DNA from: Octopus bimaculoides
Lineage: Eukaryota
Direction: 5' to 3'
Assembly (NCBI RefSeq): GCF_001194135.2
Contig: NC_068981.1
Coordinates: 98,214,061 to 98,270,383 of the forward strand
DNA: 56,323 bases
Part shown: piece after piece, positions 50,078 through 56,323 of the stretch
Layout of the letters: the number at the start of each line of letters is the position of its first letter
Position numbering within the stretch: the stretch's first letter is position 1
Notes under the pieces: generated by a model
Database searches by the model: none
Told to the model about the DNA's origin: nothing
Seen by the model: the letters and a program-made list of their open reading frames with translations, nothing else
Program-made: the position numbers and the translations under genes

Positions 50078-51879
50078 AAAGGCTTCTTTTAGCTTCCATC
50101 TACTAAATCCACTCACAAGGCTTTGGTCAGCACAAGGTTATAGTAGAAGACACTTGCACAAGGTGCCACACAGTAGGACTGAACCTGGAACCATGTGGTA
50201 GTGAGGCAAGCTTCTTACCACACAGCCATGCCTGCATCCTGAAGAAACTAGAATTATATCCTTCTAAGAGAAACTAAAACTATACCTATGGTAATGTAAT
50301 TTTAGGAATTCCTAATGTTCAAAACAGCATGGTGTTTAATATGTGGATAGAAAAAAAATTTTAATGTAGCCAAGCTGTTTATTTTAGACCTTTTGGGGCT
50401 ATCCTTCAAAGATGATGATATTATTATTGTTGCTTTTGTCCTTGCAGCCAATTTCTGTAGCCATGGTAACAGTATTGTTGTTGTTACTTCATGAGTTGTT
50501 GCTGGTGTTTTTGACTCAGCCTAGAGCCACAGAAAAAAGGGTTGGAAATTGTTACTTCCTGTGTTGTTGTTTTTGCCTTTGAGTAACCTAGTAAAGGGAT
50601 TGGCAACTGTTGGTTTTGCTGCTGCAGCAGCAGTAAGGAAGGAAGGAAGGATGGATGGATGGATGGTTAGTTAGCAGAAAGTCAGGTTAACATCTGTGAT
50701 TGTTGCTCTCTCCTCGGGATTTAAACTAGCCATTTCAGTTTTTTGGGAAAGTTTGAGAGCAGCAAAAGAGAATAATTTTTTAAAAAATATATGGAAAATG
50801 TATGTGACACCTGACAGCGCTTGCTTGGTCACTGAAAGAAACTAATGATGACACTGCTTATTATTATTGTTATTACCATTATAACAGCCATTACAATAAC
50901 TACTATAAACATCATCACCTGTAAAGGAAAGCTTCATGTTGACATATGTGGTATTACACATGTGTTATTTCGAACATTAGTTCCATGTGATAATCAAAAA
51001 GTGATGTGTAAAATAAATGTATTACCAGACTTTTGTGCATTTAGCATTGCTTCTGCCAGGTTCCTGGTAAATTTCAGCCTGGTTTTCATACTGTTAACCG
51101 ATTAATTTTTCATATTCTGAGGAGCTATGGTTGTAGGTGTCCATCTTTCTATTTGGCTTCATCTTATTATAGTATTTAAAATGTGGCAGAAACTGAAGAA
51201 GCAGCTTTAGGAAATATTAATTCTTTGACAAATGTCAGTGAGCAGAGCTGGTGAAGCTGAGAAATAAAGTTTAGATATTTCTCTACACTCTGTTATATTT
51301 TTAGTTAAGGCAAGAATTAATTGACTGTGATGCATTCTCAGGGGCTATAGTAAATGCTGAGGCAAGAGCTGGTGAAAACACAATCAACTCTGCCACTCTG
51401 CTGATTCTAAGTAGATATATATATATCCTCCAACCAGAAGCAAATATGCATCTATTGTTTGTGGTTGACCAAGACATAGATACATGCTTCCAGGAGAAAC
51501 CTGCAGCTATTGGTTGTCATGCAACCACATATCTAATGTTAGAGAGTCTTTCTATTCTCCATCTCAGATTTAATTCATAATGACAATATTGATTTTTTTT
51601 TTTAACAAAACCACAAGACATAGAAGAATGTGAGTCGATAAAAATTGTCTCTAACTTTACAACAAAAAGGAAGGATATAATCAATCTAACTGACTCCAAT
51701 ACTTTCTTGCTAACTTATTTTCATGACCCCCAGCCTTGATGGGATTTGAATTAAAAACATAATAGACATAATCATCATTCTCACATTTGCTCTTCTAGCC
51801 AACATGGGTTGGATACATCTGTTTCAACACAGTGACTTTCCATTCTGAGTTCTTTAATCACCTCTCAGTAACAACAATA

Positions 51880-52325
51880 ATAATACTTGTTTCTAGTTTA
51901 GGTAAACGGCTAACTGTTTAGAGAGGAGGGAGTGACTAGTTGATATCATCGCCACATTTTGCAGTACGTGACTAGTAGTTTATTTAAGTGACCCTGAAAG
52001 GATTAAAAGCAAGATGGATCTTGGCAAGATTTGAATTCCGAATATAAAGCACTACAACTAAATACTACAAAGTGTTTTGTTCAAAGCTCTAATAATTCTG
52101 CCAATTTGCTGCCCTAATAATGACTTCAGATTTTGGCACAAGGCCAGCAATTTTGAAGGAGGGGCTAAGTACATTACATCGAGCCCAGTGTTAAACTAGT
52201 ACTTATTTTACCAACCCCAAACGAATGAAAATCACAGTCAATTTTGGCAGAATTTGAACTGAGAAAGCAGAGATATGAAATGTTGCTAAGCATTTTGCCC
52301 AACATGCTAACGGCTCTGCCACCTT
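51880..52325 (-). mobile_element. Two tandem Family A SINEs
   Basis: Units ~51880-52120 and ~52125-52325. Confidence 0.8.
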
Positions 52326-52439
52326 AATCTGCTGCCCTAAGAATAATAATGCTTTCTTTATTACCCCTCAAGGATTTACAGAAACATTGAGAACAGTACA
52401 AAACATAATGGGTTACATAAAAGAAAGTGTGAAAAAAAG

Positions 52440-53195
52440 GAAAATAACAGAAAGAACAAAAAATTCAAACAATGAATAATTCTTGAAAAGTAATGAGGCT
52501 TTCAAGGGTTACTTATGGAAATCCCACAAAACCTCAGCCATCCTGAACATCACAGTTAAGTGCCCTCCAATACAGGTTATGCTCAGAGCAGGTCCAGTCA
52601 ATAGGGTCATACTCACAATTCTCATCCACCTTTCAACAAATTTGCTAGAAGGTACCACTGCCTACTTCACTCTCATTTTCCTTTTCAAGTACAACTTGAA
52701 AAAGTTCAAAGTTTGGCCAAAGAGGATGGTATCAGTCTTCAGCCCTTTTAGTCTCATTCACCACACAACCATTTTTGGCAAAGCCACTAGAGCAGTGGTT
52801 CTCAACCGTTTTTTGCTTATGGACCCCTTTGATTCCTATTTTACTCAAAAGCCAACCCACCCCCATAGCCATTTGAGGCTTAAAAAATCCTATTATATTT
52901 TTATAATTAAATATTATAAGGAATTGTATAAAAAAAATATTTTGCGCATTGTAGAAGTATAAACCAATTTATAGCATATAAATTTTAACAACAAAATGTT
53001 ATATGGACCCCTGTTGAGAACCACTGTAACTAGACAGATAAAGACTGCCTGACTTCCCCACCCAAAAGACTCTTTACGACTTTGCTGATAGGTGGATCCA
53101 TGCTACATGCAACAGCAAGTGTTCGACATACCTCCAGAAGTGTATGCAGAACAGTTTCTTAACTATGTATGTATCTTGAAAAAGCCTGACTGATG
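52440..53195 (-). mobile_element. Tx1/L1-like LINE 3' end, interrupted by a hAT MITE
   Basis: ETVLHTLL (zinc-knuckle remnant)...GEVRQSLSV*L | VALPKMVVW*MRLKGLKTDTILFGQTLNFFKLYLKRKMRVK...KFVERW, then a T-rich 3' end. Confidence 0.7.
52793..53026. mobile_element. hAT (Charlie-like) MITE, 234 bp
   Basis: Perfect 14-bp TIRs CAGTGGTTCTCAAC / GTTGAGAACCACTG. CTAG-centred near-duplicated flanks (CACTAGAG left; T-AACTAGAC right). Confidence 0.92.
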
Positions 53196-53989
53196 AATAA
53201 TAGTGGTTGCCAATTCAGGTACAATGTCAGGAATTTTGAAGGGAGAGGATCAATCAATATCTAGTGATCCCAGTACTTGACTGGTATTTTGTTCTATCAA
53301 CCCCAGAGAAATGAAAAGCCAAAATGAACTCAGCAGGATTTAAAATCAGAAAGCAAAGATTAAAAAAAAAAATACCACAAGGCATTTTGTCTAAAGCTCT
53401 AATTCACTATTCCAATAATAATGATGGTTATCATGATAATTATGATTTCTCACATTAGCACAAGGCCAAAACAAAAATTGTGTAGAACAGGAAGTATTCA
53501 GTCGATTGATTTAACCCTTAATATATGACTGGTATTTATTTTACTGCCTCCACCTTCCTGATAGATTTGAACTTAGAAGAGACAAAACTAAATACTGCAA
53601 TGTATTTAACCTAATGATCTACAATTTCTTCCAATTTACCACAGAGCAATTTCCTGTTTTTATGAAGAGCAAGATTGCGAGCGAGATAGTTGGGTGAAAG
53701 GGTTTCACAATGTGGAACAGTACTTCCAGCCAGATTCAGTGCATGATGAATGAGAGTTACACGAGAGAAATATATAAAGAGATAGATATAAAGGGAGAGA
53801 GATGGATTAAAGAGAGACAGAGAGAGAGAGAGATGTAAAGAGAAAGAGAGAGAGAGAGAGGGGGATGTGAAGAGAACGATGCAAAGAGAGACAAGAAGTA
53901 ATAGGGGATGGTGGCAATGCTTCCGTTACAAACACACAACATCCTAGATTAAAACCAAAAAGCCGTCCAATCACTTGGCAAAGGTTTCA

Positions 53990-54345
53990 CTCAGCAATAA
54001 ACTTACAGGCTTTCTGGTGCACTATTTCCTCTAAATGCCTCTTATAATGCTACTCCGATAGCTTCTGCTCCTCTACTTGAGATAGTTAGCTGTTTACCTT
54101 CACCACTCATCTCTCCTAGTCCTCATCTTCTTCCTGTCACCCCTGCTGTGTTTCACTCACAAAATAACAAGTGAAACTCTTTCCCTTCTCCCCATACCTT
54201 CGTTATTAGGACTACAACCTGCTGGAATTCATTCCCAACCCCCTACCCCACCCTTACATTATTTTTTTTTTTTCTTTTCCTGTTTAGCTATCGACCTACA
54301 CATGTTCCAGAAGAATGATAAGCCACATCAACCTCTCTAGTCACA
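53990..54345 (+). mobile_element. CR1/L2-like LINE 3' fragment
   Basis: Across frames: CYSDSFCSS, EIVSCLPSP, SCHPCCVSL, FVIRTTTCWNSFP, IDLHMFQK, in the expected order. Confidence 0.6.
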
Positions 54346-54507
54346 GAGGGCTTTTTGTAAAAGGTCAGGGGCACTGCTTTACCTCCTCAGACGAACTTAT
54401 TAAATAAAACACATTTTAAAAAAAAAAAGACAAAAACACTGAATGCGTAACAAATAGAGGCACAAAAAAAAAAGAACACACAGAATGGATGCAAAGAGGA
54501 AAAATGT

Positions 54508-54540
<33 letters not shown>

Positions 54541-55562
54541 GGGGGGAGAAAGAGCATAACAACAACATGAACAGTAGAGAATCATCACAATAAAGTTTTG
54601 AAAGGTTATAAGTTCAACATGTTCCTGCAAAAGGACTGACTGCTAGGCTATTATTATTAAATGGGAAACAAATCAGCAACAAAAGACAAAGTCAAGAGTA
54701 AGTGCACATTATTATGAGATATTATGACAATAGAAAGACAAATAAAACCCAGCTAAATATCAGCTATCTTTTGGCTAACTTCATTGAAGACAGCTTCAAC
54801 TTACTTCTAATAACATAAAGAAAGTAAAGCTAACTTTTTTTCTTCTTCTTATGACGTATTTTTTCACAACAGAACAGATGCAAAATGGAAATGTTCATTT
54901 CACATATAAACCACACAGATACACACACACTTTCTTGCAAACGTAAGTTACTATAATTTTTTTTGTCCATTCCTTGTCCCACTAAAAAAAAAAATTTACC
55001 TCTCATAATGAATATAAACTTGCAGACAGGTATGCAGACATTTGCACCAACATGTGCATATGCACAATCGAAATCTTAAATATATTTGAGAAATAAAGTT
55101 TCGTGTGTAAACTTATTTCTTTTGTAAATTTAACCTTTAACAATACAAGGTTTTATGAAAAAATACTAATATTTTCTCTCTCTCTCTCTCTAGCTCACAC
55201 ACACACAAAAGGGCACAATCTTAAACAGTTAGAAATTAGAGGACCTGACATTTCAGTTTTGGCAGGGTCTTTTCTTCAAAACTGATTTATTCATTCATTT
55301 TATTTTTACATTTAAATTTCTGCTGCTGGCTTTTGTCATCTTTAATAATAATAGCAAGTAACTATATTAAACATACATGTTGGATATTATAATCCTTTGC
55401 TGCCATATAAATTCTTTGAATTTGCCAATTGAAAATTCCTTCTCAAAATAACACAGCATCTTTACAAGTCAATAATAGGTAATTCACAAGACCAGAGAGA
55501 ATCGTACCAAGGATTTTAAAGATTTTTCAATTTCAAATAAACATATGAGTGCATGTACAAAA

Positions 55563-55577
55563 GTGTGTGTGTGTGTG

Positions 55578-55663
<86 letters not shown>

Positions 55664-55720
55664 AAGAGAGAGGGAGAGAGAGAGAGAGAGAGAGAGCAGG
55701 ATACACACACAAACACACAC
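55563..55720. repeat. Compound (TG)n-(TA)n-(AG)n-(CA)n microsatellite
   Basis: Directly visible. Confidence 0.95.
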
Positions 55721-55730
55721 ACAATATGTA

Positions 55731-56012
55731 TCTATACATAAAATTGAGAATGTATGTTTGTCTGTCTGTATGTGTGCATCACTAAAACTTAAGAAGTACA
55801 TTCAAATTTTACATATGCCTTACTTACGGTCCATGCAGTGTCATGGACCAAAACAATTTTCAATTTCTTACCTAATGCAAGCCCAGAGCAATCTCTTATC
55901 TCTTACACTATTTCAGTATTACATGTCAAAAGAGAAACAATAACATCTCTATTGCAATGTGAGATAATACTTTCACTTTTCATGGGGGAAACTATTAATA
56001 CTTTCACTTTGT
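55731..56012 (+). mobile_element. 5' portion of a non-autonomous Helitron related to 20365-20733
   Basis: A|TCTATACATAAAATTGAGAATG...TTCAAATTTTACATATGCCTTACTTA...GTATTACATGTCAAAAG aligns with the 20365 copy. Confidence 0.8.
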
Positions 56013-56023
56013 ATATATATATA

Positions 56024-56323
56024 CTAGCAGTATAACCCGACCTTGTCTGGGTGTGACTTATTATGCCATCTACGATAAGTCTTGCTAGCTGAAAATCAAC
56101 TAAAAAAGAAAGCCTTACAACGAAAAAACCCTTATGATGTAAATATGTTCATAATTCAAAAGACGATGAAATTAATAGGGAAAGTCTGAAGGCTGTTTTG
56201 CGTAAAATTATTAAGCATACATAAATTTCATCCGTGTAATTGGCTATAGAAATGCTTGTGCAAAACAACTTTTTGCGCTGCCCTGATTATACATAGCAGA
56301 GTAATCCCTTTTAGCAGGAGCTA
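56024..56323 (-). mobile_element. 3' end of a minus-strand Helitron running off the window
   Basis: Minus strand ends ACCCAGACAAGGTCGGGT (hairpin, 56035-56052)-TATACTG-CTAG|T. Confidence 0.72.

Noticed and set aside
51310-51580. Frame with several TGA codons suggesting a mitochondrial-code insert (NUMT)
   Set aside because: No resemblance to any mitochondrial protein or RNA when TGA is read as Trp.
52483-52962. 159-aa plus-strand ORF
   Set aside because: Antisense to the Tx1-like fragment and reads into the hAT MITE.

Overview
Eukaryotic, strongly AT-rich, microsatellite-dense genomic DNA from a gapped short-read assembly (five N-gaps). The interspersed repeats resemble families I recognise from Octopus/coleoid cephalopod genomes; this is inference, not a search result. 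I find no confidently supported host protein-coding gene, true tRNA/rRNA gene or CRISPR array. Almost all long ORF-track entries are microsatellite, N-gap or antisense-to-transposon artefacts. The window is a layered transposon graveyard. DNA transposons: a piggyBac relic, three different Tc1/mariner lineages (one DD37D/maT), a near-complete FLYWCH-MULE element, a 3.8-kb RepHel Helitron relic plus non-autonomous Helitrons, and hAT and piggyBac-type MITEs. Retroelements: 3' fragments of CR1/L2-like, Tx1/L1-like and CRE-like (restriction-like endonuclease) LINEs, and dozens of SINE copies from about four families, often nested or stacked. Best observations: (1) a degenerate minimal type-I hammerhead ribozyme at 9948-9993 in a Penelope/retrozyme-like remnant; (2) a CR1-like LINE whose last ~45 bp match the tail of one SINE family, while SINE heads and tails are shuffled modularly; (3) a CRE-clade endonuclease fragment; (4) Helitron structural oddities; (5) a perfect 68-bp fold-back at the window start; (6) one weak candidate host exon at 485-590 (minus strand).
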